Source: a virus
Reading direction: 5' to 3' (one strand)
Length of the DNA stretch: 64,000 bases
Virus record (IMG/VR): IMGVR_UViG_3300001102_000006
In this document: positions 48,593-56,298 of the stretch, piece by piece
Position numbering within the stretch: position 1 is the stretch's first letter
Layout: each line of letters begins with the position of its first letter
Translations under genes and position numbers: made by a program
Notes under the pieces: generated by a model
Told to the model about the DNA's origin: nothing
The model's database searches: none
Seen by the model: only the letters and a program-made list of their open reading frames with translations

Positions 48593-48651
48593 TTACAGAG
48601 TCAGGACCATGATTATCAGAGTGATGTATACAGCCGCGTAAGCGGCGCGAA

Positions 48652-49191
48652 CTAGGCTAGTGCCTCGTCCATTGGGGTTTTGTCTGCCATCCATGCGGGT
48701 GCCACGTCCTTCAAATACATGATTTCACCCACTTCGCGAACGTAGTCCAGCGGAATTTTTGGGTTGTTCAAATGGTCACGTTTGCCCAGCATAGACATCC
48801 ACTTGGCAAAAACCGGCTCCATCGCCGCAGTCTGCACAAGATATGCTTCCTGCAACGTAATACCTTCGTACGTAGCAAAAACAAAACGACGCGAGCGATA
48901 CCGAGCAATGGTTCCGGAATGAAGGTGGTGATTTGTAGAAAAGCCTTTGACGCCACGAGAAAGGTCGAGTGTCTTCAACTCATATTCATTTCCCATGCGA
49001 TCACAAGCATCAGGACCGGTGCGTCCCGGAACGATATCCAGACCAACGGCAATAGCAAGCTGCGCCACTTTGCCGCCATTGTCGCTGAAAATGTCGGGGA
49101 TGCCGTAGTGCGAAGCGAGTTCTTGATAACGGCGAACACCGGGCCAAAGTTTTTCGATTTCTTCGTAGCGAAGATTCATATGTGTCGGCAT
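48652..49191 (-). CDS. PvuII-family type II restriction endonuclease
   Basis: LWP....YQ.LA..YGI.DIF.DNGGK...GL...PGR.G.DA.D..G.EYELK......KGFST.HH...A.YR...FA.Y.GI...KW...NNPKIP..YV.E.G matches R.PvuII along its whole length (recalled sequence); GGAG RBS. Confidence 0.9.
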   Translation of the reverse strand: MPTHMNLRYEEIEKLWPGVRRYQELASHYGIPDIFSDNGGKVAQLAIAVGLDIVPGRTGPDACDRMGNEYELKTLDLSRGVKGFSTNHHLHSGTIARYRSRRFVFATYEGITLQEAYLVQTAAMEPVFAKWMSMLGKRDHLNNPKIPLDYVREVGEIMYLKDVAPAWMADKTPMDEALA

Positions 49192-49192
49192 A

Positions 49193-49801
49193 CTATGCTC
49201 CCAAAAGTGATTTGATTTCTTCGTACGCCGCCATGTATTCTTCGCGGGCCTTTTTCGGACGCCAGTAATAGAAGTCTGGATCGATGTCGCGCAGAGCGCG
49301 TACCGGCGTAGAAGGTACATCCCAAAGATCAGATGGGATTGCGCACATTTCTTGGGACTCGGCCCAGAGAAGTTGAATGTCGGCGTACTTGACCCAGCGA
49401 TGAATTTCTGGATCAAAAGGCACATTGTAGCCGTCGATAAAGGCGCGCTCAGCCAGTGCCTCGTGCTGTTTGTATTCGGGGCTTACCGCTTTGAGCGGGC
49501 TGGGCATATCTGTGTAATACCCTTCAACCGCATCGTGCAGAAGTGCCCACGCAAGCGCCCGCTCGGGGCAGTCGGGGCGTGTTTTTCGAAGCTCTTTCAG
49601 GAAGCGATATACATACACACTGTGTTGTGCGATGCAGTAAATCTCGTCTTCCAGTTCGGGTCCATCTTTCAATTGACCATTGTAACGGCAGCATCGAGAA
49701 ATCCCGGCTGCCATATCATTGATGTCGAATTGATCCGGGGTGACAGCATCGTAGTAGAATCTTTTTGCGGATGCGGTCTGAATCCAGTGGCTGCGGCTCA
49801 T
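49193..49801 (-). CDS. HD-domain 5'-deoxynucleotidase (YfdR/YfbR-like)
   Basis: WIQT, I.D.A..IS..CRY.G, Y.IAQHSV, ALLHDAVEGY.TDMPSPLK, VK.AD...L..E. Confidence 0.88.
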   Translation of the reverse strand: MSRSHWIQTASAKRFYYDAVTPDQFDINDMAAGISRCCRYNGQLKDGPELEDEIYCIAQHSVYVYRFLKELRKTRPDCPERALAWALLHDAVEGYYTDMPSPLKAVSPEYKQHEALAERAFIDGYNVPFDPEIHRWVKYADIQLLWAESQEMCAIPSDLWDVPSTPVRALRDIDPDFYYWRPKKAREEYMAAYEEIKSLLGA

Positions 49802-49817
49802 TGTTTTCTCCTTCGCC

Positions 49818-49850
49818 GGATGTGATACACTGTGAAAAGTCACATGTCAA
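49818..49850 (-). promoter_or_regulatory. Putative promoter TTGACA-N17-TATCAC for HD/REase/Pol operon
   Basis: Intergenic; spacer contains TGTGAC-TTT-TCACA inverted repeat. Confidence 0.5.
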
Positions 49851-49853
49851 GCA

Positions 49854-51686
49854 TTAACTGTCCAAAGCTTTGCTGATGATGTCCATTTTTTCTAGGATGG
49901 CGGCTGCCATGTAGGCTTCAATCGATCCGTCAACAAGAAGATATTGTGCGATCACAGCGTTCAACTGACCGTGACGCCATGCGCGATCTTCGGCTTGTTC
50001 CATCAATGCCGGAACCCAGTCAAGTTCTGCAAAGACAACAAAACGTGCGCGTGTTAGTGTCCAGCCTACGCCCATCGCCATAATGTTTCCGAGGATTACA
50101 TCGTAAAGACCGGCTTGGAAATCGTCTACAAATTGCTGTCGTTTCTTTGTGGAAACATCACCTGTGATTACGGCTACGCGAATTCCAAGTTTTTCTAGTC
50201 TCTTTTGTAGTTCCTTAATTACCGATTTATGATAGGCAAATCCGATGACCGGTTCGTCGCATGCAACCAGCTTCGCAATGTGATCGGCAACCATGCCAAC
50301 TTTTGCAAGCGCTACTTCCTCGCGAGCGGCACTCATTTCTGTAAACAGCAATTGATCTGGTGCAGACAGTGTTCTAACCGCCGCCTCAAGATCAGGTTCT
50401 TCACTGTCTTGTAGAGAGAGAGCTTCGGCAATTCGGTCAGAAAGTCCTTCCATCATCGTAATATAACGGAATGGGCTATCGTCTTCACTCAAGCCTAATA
50501 GTTTCTCGTATTGCGCCAATGCGCTTTCGACGCGGTTCTTTTCTTTCTTGACCGGCGTTTCCAATTTGTCCTGCGGCAGGATGATTGGTTCTCGCGTCTT
50601 GTCTGGAAGTTCTTTTAGAACGGCTCGTTTGTCCCGACGAATCATAAAGCGTTCACGAAGGATTGCACTCAGTTCTTCGAGATTAGATGCGCCGCTCGCA
50701 TCAATACCAAAATGACCGTCTTCCGCATCGCAATATGTGTATGCGTAATTCTCCCAACTTGCCCCCAAACCTTTTGGGTCGCACGCTCGGATCAAATTCC
50801 ACAATTCAATTGGGCGAGAAAGTATGGGCGTGCCTGTCAGATACAAAGCACGCACAGAAACAATTTCTTCGTACGTCTTAGCGTCTCGAACTTTTACGCC
50901 ATTCTTCCTTTTTGCCGGACGCTGCCCACCAAATACACACTGCGTACGCAATGCATCGGCTGTTTTCAGCAGGTGGCATTCGTCTGCCACCATCAAATCC
51001 CATGTAATAGCTTTGACCTGAGAGTCGAATGCGTCAAGCATGTCGTAATTGACGATTACAACGTCTGTTTCTGGCCAAACATGTTCAGTCCACGTGCGGT
51101 ACACGAGCTTATTGTTGTCGTCCCGCACCCGCTCACCCTGATCATTTAGCACATGTTCGCGGCGAATGATGCTCTCGGCAATTCCAACAGTCTTGCCATG
51201 GATGTCCCACTTAATCCACTCGCGCATCCAGTTAATCTTCAAAGACGCGGGGCAAATTACGAGAACACGTTTTGCACAAACGACATTATGGACACCGATT
51301 GCCTGAATTGTTTTTCCCAATCCCGGTGGATCGGCAATTAGCGTTTTGTCACGTTTGACCGCATATTCAATTCCGGCGCGCTGGAATGGCATATATGCCA
51401 AACCGTCTGGTGCGGGGAATTCGGCATCAGTGTCTTCGGCCCAAGACGCAGCTACAACTGCTGCGGCAATCGCTTCTGCATTCTCAAGGTATTCAAGCGC
51501 GGCCCCCGTCGCGTGCTCGAAAAGATTACGGGCTTTATCCTCGTTTGCGGTTGTCCAGCCTTTGACGTTTTTGTCATAGACCCAACCGTTTCTTTTGAAG
51601 ATTAGTCTTTCGGCATAATTACAGCCCGAGCGTCCATCAGACAATCGGGTTGTAAATACTCCGTCTACGCGATCAAATTGAGGCAT
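49854..51686 (-). CDS. SNF2/HARP-like SF2 helicase
   Basis: PFQ..G, ADPPGLGKT.QA, ICPASL..NW, ADECH, LTGTPI, RR.K..VL.ELP.K, G.G.TLT, QAEDRAWR.GQ. Confidence 0.93.
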   Translation of the reverse strand: MPQFDRVDGVFTTRLSDGRSGCNYAERLIFKRNGWVYDKNVKGWTTANEDKARNLFEHATGAALEYLENAEAIAAAVVAASWAEDTDAEFPAPDGLAYMPFQRAGIEYAVKRDKTLIADPPGLGKTIQAIGVHNVVCAKRVLVICPASLKINWMREWIKWDIHGKTVGIAESIIRREHVLNDQGERVRDDNNKLVYRTWTEHVWPETDVVIVNYDMLDAFDSQVKAITWDLMVADECHLLKTADALRTQCVFGGQRPAKRKNGVKVRDAKTYEEIVSVRALYLTGTPILSRPIELWNLIRACDPKGLGASWENYAYTYCDAEDGHFGIDASGASNLEELSAILRERFMIRRDKRAVLKELPDKTREPIILPQDKLETPVKKEKNRVESALAQYEKLLGLSEDDSPFRYITMMEGLSDRIAEALSLQDSEEPDLEAAVRTLSAPDQLLFTEMSAAREEVALAKVGMVADHIAKLVACDEPVIGFAYHKSVIKELQKRLEKLGIRVAVITGDVSTKKRQQFVDDFQAGLYDVILGNIMAMGVGWTLTRARFVVFAELDWVPALMEQAEDRAWRHGQLNAVIAQYLLVDGSIEAYMAAAILEKMDIISKALDS

Positions 51687-52120
51687 TAACCGAAAATATA
51701 TTCTCTTACTTGGATTTCAATGGTGGTGTCTTCTGGAACCAGAACTTCATTCGGTGATGCGAAGAATCCATCTGGGGGAAGAACTGTGATTAGATCAGGC
51801 TCGTCTCCGGCACCAGAATCGATCACGACGCGAATGACGCCGTAATCCGTGATGATTTCGAATTCATCCGAAGTGTTTACCGCACTTACCAGCGTGTTGT
51901 GAAATACAACATTTCCCAGAAGCTCGTCTGTGAGAACAAAATTCAGGGAATAAGTCGTTCCTTCATCAATACCGGGGTAAGCGTAACCATTTTCAGGGGT
52001 GACGATTGCTGGTGGCACTGGGTACGTCGATCCAAATCCAGTGTAGCCCGGAGGTTCGCCGTGCCCACCCGCTAACGCGGGTGAAGTCAACAGACACAAA
52101 ATGGCGAGAAGCCGAAACAT
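51686..52120 (-). CDS. Hypothetical exported protein
   Basis: Signal peptide MFRLLAILCLLTSPALA; acidic beta-rich mature part. Confidence 0.65.
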   Translation of the reverse strand: MFRLLAILCLLTSPALAGGHGEPPGYTGFGSTYPVPPAIVTPENGYAYPGIDEGTTYSLNFVLTDELLGNVVFHNTLVSAVNTSDEFEIITDYGVIRVVIDSGAGDEPDLITVLPPDGFFASPNEVLVPEDTTIEIQVREYIFG

Positions 52121-52401
52121 CAGCGCTTGCGGTTTTTCTTGCCGACATGTTCATTCATGTGGCGACGGAGATTTTTGTCCTGCTGGCGAGCTTCCGCGCG
52201 GCGGACTTGCCGAGACTTCGGTGCCTCGGGTTCTGCGTTGGCAATCGTGGCGCTTTGGACGCCGCCCATAATTTCTTCTTTTGTGATTGGTTGTGCTTCC
52301 ATGATATCGTGTGTCCCCAAAATTACGCCGCCGCGTTGTGCTGCCGCTGCTACAAGAGCTTTTGTCATAGCAGCATGTTCGCCCACTGTCAAGACTTTCA
52401 T
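52120..52401 (-). CDS. Hypothetical protein
   Basis: SRQVRRA basic C-terminus; TGATG coupling. Confidence 0.55.
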   Translation of the reverse strand: MKVLTVGEHAAMTKALVAAAAQRGGVILGTHDIMEAQPITKEEIMGGVQSATIANAEPEAPKSRQVRRAEARQQDKNLRRHMNEHVGKKNRKR

Positions 52402-52561
52402 CGCTTAAAAACCATAACTTCGCCGGAAACCAAACGCATGTAATCTTCTCCATCATGAAGAACCGGCACCGTCTCCATAAATCCAAGCGAATTAGGTTCC
52501 ATGTGGGAGATAGTACGTTCAACGTTCTTTCCGTCCACAGTGACGGTCATTGTAGGCGCGC

Positions 52562-53212
52562 TCATTGGTCAGGCCAGATCGTTTGACACACCGCTGCACA
52601 CTTGTCCAAATCCAGCCAATCATCAGTCCGGACGCCGCTTTCCATGTCGATCCAAAAACGATGCTGGACCCCAATGTTTTCCAAGACTTCTGCAACGTTT
52701 TCAGGGCCGATGCCACCTGCATATCCGCAAAAGGTTCCAGAACGGGCACTCGGAAATTCTGTTTCCACCACGCCGCGCCCGCCTGATCGGTCGAGCAGAA
52801 AATCAAAGTCAGGGTCGTTGGGGAAAACACCGTCACGATGTTGCAGGATGATGCGTGTCCCACCGTTGCCAAACATGTCGAGGTGGTGACGCAGATTGTC
52901 CATAGTGTCTTCGTACGAACCAGAATTGACCTGAATGCGTCCGTATATGTAGGGATTTACAACATCCCAACCGTCCCGTGTTTGGAACTCCCGAGAAACT
53001 GAACCGCACACGTGTGCCGCCAGCATAAGACCGCGATCAGCACCAAAGTCTTCTATGCGTTCTAGGTCCATGTCCTGTGGGTATCTCTGCGATTTCGACG
53101 TGCGAGAATGCAGCACACCCCATTCAATTGGGTAGCGGTCGGAAAGTTCCACAACCCGGTGCAAATCAGTTTTGGCGTCAACGCCTGTGAATGTGACGTG
53201 ATTGAGTGTCAT
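52562..53212 (-). CDS. TrpF (phosphoribosylanthranilate isomerase)-like TIM-barrel protein
   Basis: TFTG.D, EWGVL, AAHVCG, RIQVN, LLDRSGGRG, GYAGGIGPENV, WIDMESGVRT. Confidence 0.7.
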   Translation of the reverse strand: MTLNHVTFTGVDAKTDLHRVVELSDRYPIEWGVLHSRTSKSQRYPQDMDLERIEDFGADRGLMLAAHVCGSVSREFQTRDGWDVVNPYIYGRIQVNSGSYEDTMDNLRHHLDMFGNGGTRIILQHRDGVFPNDPDFDFLLDRSGGRGVVETEFPSARSGTFCGYAGGIGPENVAEVLENIGVQHRFWIDMESGVRTDDWLDLDKCAAVCQTIWPDQ

Positions 53213-53694
53213 GTTATCTCCAAAAACGGTAGGTCACCTTTACGGTAAAGAGGATGGGGTGGCTCACCTTTCCCTTTACCGTTGCGCTCGCCAATCGAAT
53301 ATGGTGTGTGACCTTCGTTGCGAATAAGGTCTAGGACTGCCTCAGAGCGCCCCTGATAGACGCCATGGTTTCCCCATGCACAGACTACCATATCGGCTTC
53401 CAGCAACGCCTGACGGATCACTGTGTCGTTCTCAGGCCCAATGGGGTCTTGCGCGGCTTTCATGTCCTTTGGATCAGTCGCACGGAAAGCAAACAGATTG
53501 ACGACCTCAATGCCGCCCATGTCTTCCCGCTTGGCAAATTCAATGCAGCGTCCGATTGTAGGATCATCGACAACCGCGTCAGCGGTTGATGGGTTGAGCA
53601 TTACAAACAACATGACCGGGAATTCTTCGTCCCAATCTCGTGACAGGCTGTAGCGGTAAATGCCGTCTTCGGAAATGTATGCGTCTTTGATCAT
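53209..53694 (-). CDS. DUF1643-family protein
   Basis: YRY.L.R.W, FVMLNPSTAD...DDPTI.RC, VVNLFAFRATDP, AWG..G, P.HPLY. Confidence 0.9.
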   Translation of the reverse strand: MIKDAYISEDGIYRYSLSRDWDEEFPVMLFVMLNPSTADAVVDDPTIGRCIEFAKREDMGGIEVVNLFAFRATDPKDMKAAQDPIGPENDTVIRQALLEADMVVCAWGNHGVYQGRSEAVLDLIRNEGHTPYSIGERNGKGKGEPPHPLYRKGDLPFLEIT

Positions 53695-53888
53695 AACCGT
53701 TTCCTCAGATTTGCAACAATCATCTCACGCTCCAAAGGAACGCCCATGACACCATATTCCATTGTCGTAAACGTGGCTTCGATGTCGTTTGGAAGCGCGC
53801 GAACAGCCGCGTTAAGTTCTTCCTCGGCTTTACGCACGCGGCTGATCTTTTCGCTGACTTCTGCTGAAAGAACTACAGTCTCGCCCAT
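53691..53888 (-). CDS. Hypothetical protein
   Basis: Coupled overlaps both sides. Confidence 0.55.
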   Translation of the reverse strand: MGETVVLSAEVSEKISRVRKAEEELNAAVRALPNDIEATFTTMEYGVMGVPLEREMIVANLRKRL

Positions 53889-54874
53889 CAGAATTCCTTA
53901 CATTTTTTGAGCCACCACTTCTTTGATGCCTCGGTGATGTGCTTCGACACATCTTTCCATTCAAGTCCGGCATCCGCAAGCTCGACTTGAGATTCCTTCT
54001 TGATGTCTTGTCCCATCCATTTGAAGAAGTCGCCGGTTCGTGCCGGTTCCGCCACACCTTCACAGCCCTCAGTCAATGCCTGTTCACAACGTGCGGGAGT
54101 GACAAACATCTCGACAAATTCAGCCACGCCTTCGGGGATTTCCACGAAAGTCGGAACAAGCTTTTTGTTGTTCTTGACAGAGTGTGCTTCGGTCTTTGCT
54201 TTGAAGGTTAGCATCGAGTACAGATCACGCGGCATTCCAAGCGTTGCGTCGTCCCCGTCCAAATCGGTGATAGGAGATACGACCCACCCTTCGCCGGGTC
54301 CTTCCACGCCAAAAATGCCGTAGATAAACGGGTCGCGCTCGCCAATGCTTTGCACAGCACGTCCCGCTTCTCCGCCCAGCGCAAGGCATTCTTCTTCAAT
54401 GCCCAGATGGAACGGCTTGTCCCAAATTGTGTCCCACGGCAAAACAATCACGTCATCCAGATCAGGAATCATCTGTTCAATGGTGTCCGGATCAGTGAGC
54501 ATGTCGTCTTCAATTTGAACAGCAAAAATGAAGAAGTATTTCTGGTCCAGCCCACACACGGCGTCACCCTTCTGGATGCCTTTTCCTGCCCATTCACCAA
54601 AGAATGTGACACGGCCCGTGGGGAGGTCTGCTGCCGCCCATGCGGCTTTGTGAGGTTCAAGCCACGTGGCGAACCCAGAGTTGTCCATCTCGGGTGTAAT
54701 ATCTCGTGTGCGAGACTGTGCGTAAACGCTACCGTCTTGTTCGATACGAACGCCTGCGTTGGTGCCGTGTAGTTTGATCTTCGCACCAAACTTGACTTCT
54801 GCGGGCTTCTCAAAGCGGCGCTGCCCACGGACGACATGGGCGAAAGATTCGATGCTGGGGAATTTTATGAACAT
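53888..54874 (-). CDS. RNA ligase (Rnl2-like nucleotidyltransferase)
   Basis: Motif I KLHGTN, QSR, DN.GFA, FGEWAG.GIQKG, EGWV, FKAK. Confidence 0.8.
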   Translation of the reverse strand: MFIKFPSIESFAHVVRGQRRFEKPAEVKFGAKIKLHGTNAGVRIEQDGSVYAQSRTRDITPEMDNSGFATWLEPHKAAWAAADLPTGRVTFFGEWAGKGIQKGDAVCGLDQKYFFIFAVQIEDDMLTDPDTIEQMIPDLDDVIVLPWDTIWDKPFHLGIEEECLALGGEAGRAVQSIGERDPFIYGIFGVEGPGEGWVVSPITDLDGDDATLGMPRDLYSMLTFKAKTEAHSVKNNKKLVPTFVEIPEGVAEFVEMFVTPARCEQALTEGCEGVAEPARTGDFFKWMGQDIKKESQVELADAGLEWKDVSKHITEASKKWWLKKCKEF

Positions 54875-54898
54875 GCCTGCCTGATCCTTTATGGGTTG

Positions 54899-54923
54899 GG
54901 AAAGGCCCCGTTAGGGGCCTTCC
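54899..54923 (-). terminator. Stem-loop after rIIB
   Basis: AAGGCCCC-GTTA-GGGGCCTT. Confidence 0.6.
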
Positions 54924-54929
54924 ATTGTC

Positions 54930-56288
54930 TTACAGAGAGGCGAGCCAGCCTTGAAGTGTCGAGCGCGGTACGCCGTGTAGGCGACTGAATCCGCGCTGTC
55001 CAAGACGTTGAACCTCGGATTGAAGTTCTGAGGCCGTGAAGGTTGCGCCAGTCGCTTGATGCGAGAACGTGCGCGGTACGTTGTCCTCCTTGAGTGGCGT
55101 CAGATACTGCGCAGCATCCATCTGGTGATCGACAGTGCCTCCGGCAATCACAACTTCGTCTTCCACAGGGTCTTCGTCAGCGGACACTTCAACACACGTC
55201 AGCGGCATGATGTCGTATTCTTCGACGTAGACTTCTTCACGCATACCGTTCTGCCACACTACCGTGTAGTTGGTGTAGTAGGTGGTCTCGCCGTCATCGA
55301 TCCATTCACCGTCATCGTCGTAGTAACCCTCATCGGATTCTTCTTCGCCGTCTTCCATATCGGTGATGACGCCGACAACACAGGAATTGCCTTTGACAAC
55401 CAGACAATCAAGGTCAGGTTCATCGTCAGTTTCGACCCAGTAATCGAAGAAGTCTGTCCGCGTGGTGAACGCAGGCAGGTCAACCAGAGACTCGGGCAAC
55501 GGCACTTTGTTCTGTGACGGTGTATCGACCACATGTTGCTTCTCGATGGACGCGATTTCGTGGTCGCTGGTCACTTCGGCAAGAACTTCGTAGCGACAAG
55601 TGCGCATCTTGGAAAAACCGTAGTCGGTCGGAACAGACACAACGTCGCGCGGATTGACCTTGCAGGCCACGACCTTCGCATTGGTCGAGTAACCGTTCAG
55701 ATAAATCGATGCGCAGACGTGCAGGCCGGTAGAACAGGTCTCATTCGGGTTGTCGTTGACCTGCTCACGGGGCATCTCAACGATCTTGCCGGGGCTGTTG
55801 TCCATCCGAGAACCGTCAGCGTTGGCGTGCGCGCTGGTGAAGTCTTCACGCACATACTTGAACGCAACAAAGCATCCATCGGGAGTGAGCGGCGCTTGGA
55901 ACCGGTCAATGAAATTGTACAGACATTCCCGCGAACGATCCGAGGGGTTCTCCATCACGTTGTTGAGGAACCAGACCCACGGCGTGGCGTCCATACCTGC
56001 ATCCAACAACTGGATCAGCTTCTCGGTCAACGTCGAGCGAACAGGTGCGCCACGGTAGAAGACTTCGTTTCCAACCACTGTCACCATACCAGCCGTGAGG
56101 CGGCTGACCAGTTCACGCTTGTCCAGAAGCTCCGCAACAAGAAGCTCGTCATGGTCTTCAAGGGCAGGGTCGGTCAGGTGAGCGACAAGCCGGTCATATC
56201 CGGGGTGCGCGGCGGGGATGGTTTGCAGGGTGTTTCGGACAAACACCGAAAGGCTCTGGTCCGAGAATGTGTAAAAAAGCTTAGGCAT
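54930..56288 (-). CDS. rIIB: rIIB-like protein
   Basis: FL.N..ENPS, LY.F, TPDG.FVAFK, N.PG..VEMPR..V.DN...TCSTGLHVC, KVNPRDVVSVP.DY...KMR.C.YEV. Confidence 0.9.
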   Translation of the reverse strand: MPKLFYTFSDQSLSVFVRNTLQTIPAAHPGYDRLVAHLTDPALEDHDELLVAELLDKRELVSRLTAGMVTVVGNEVFYRGAPVRSTLTEKLIQLLDAGMDATPWVWFLNNVMENPSDRSRECLYNFIDRFQAPLTPDGCFVAFKYVREDFTSAHANADGSRMDNSPGKIVEMPREQVNDNPNETCSTGLHVCASIYLNGYSTNAKVVACKVNPRDVVSVPTDYGFSKMRTCRYEVLAEVTSDHEIASIEKQHVVDTPSQNKVPLPESLVDLPAFTTRTDFFDYWVETDDEPDLDCLVVKGNSCVVGVITDMEDGEEESDEGYYDDDGEWIDDGETTYYTNYTVVWQNGMREEVYVEEYDIMPLTCVEVSADEDPVEDEVVIAGGTVDHQMDAAQYLTPLKEDNVPRTFSHQATGATFTASELQSEVQRLGQRGFSRLHGVPRSTLQGWLASL

Positions 56289-56298
56289 GGGTTCCTCC

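Noticed and set aside
49192-49425. N-terminal extension of the REase as called in the ORF track (also extended starts at 2558, 3547, 8675, 10958, 30798, 45875, 58512)
   Set aside because: These overlap neighbouring genes or leaders; downstream starts have an RBS or coupling and match family N-termini.
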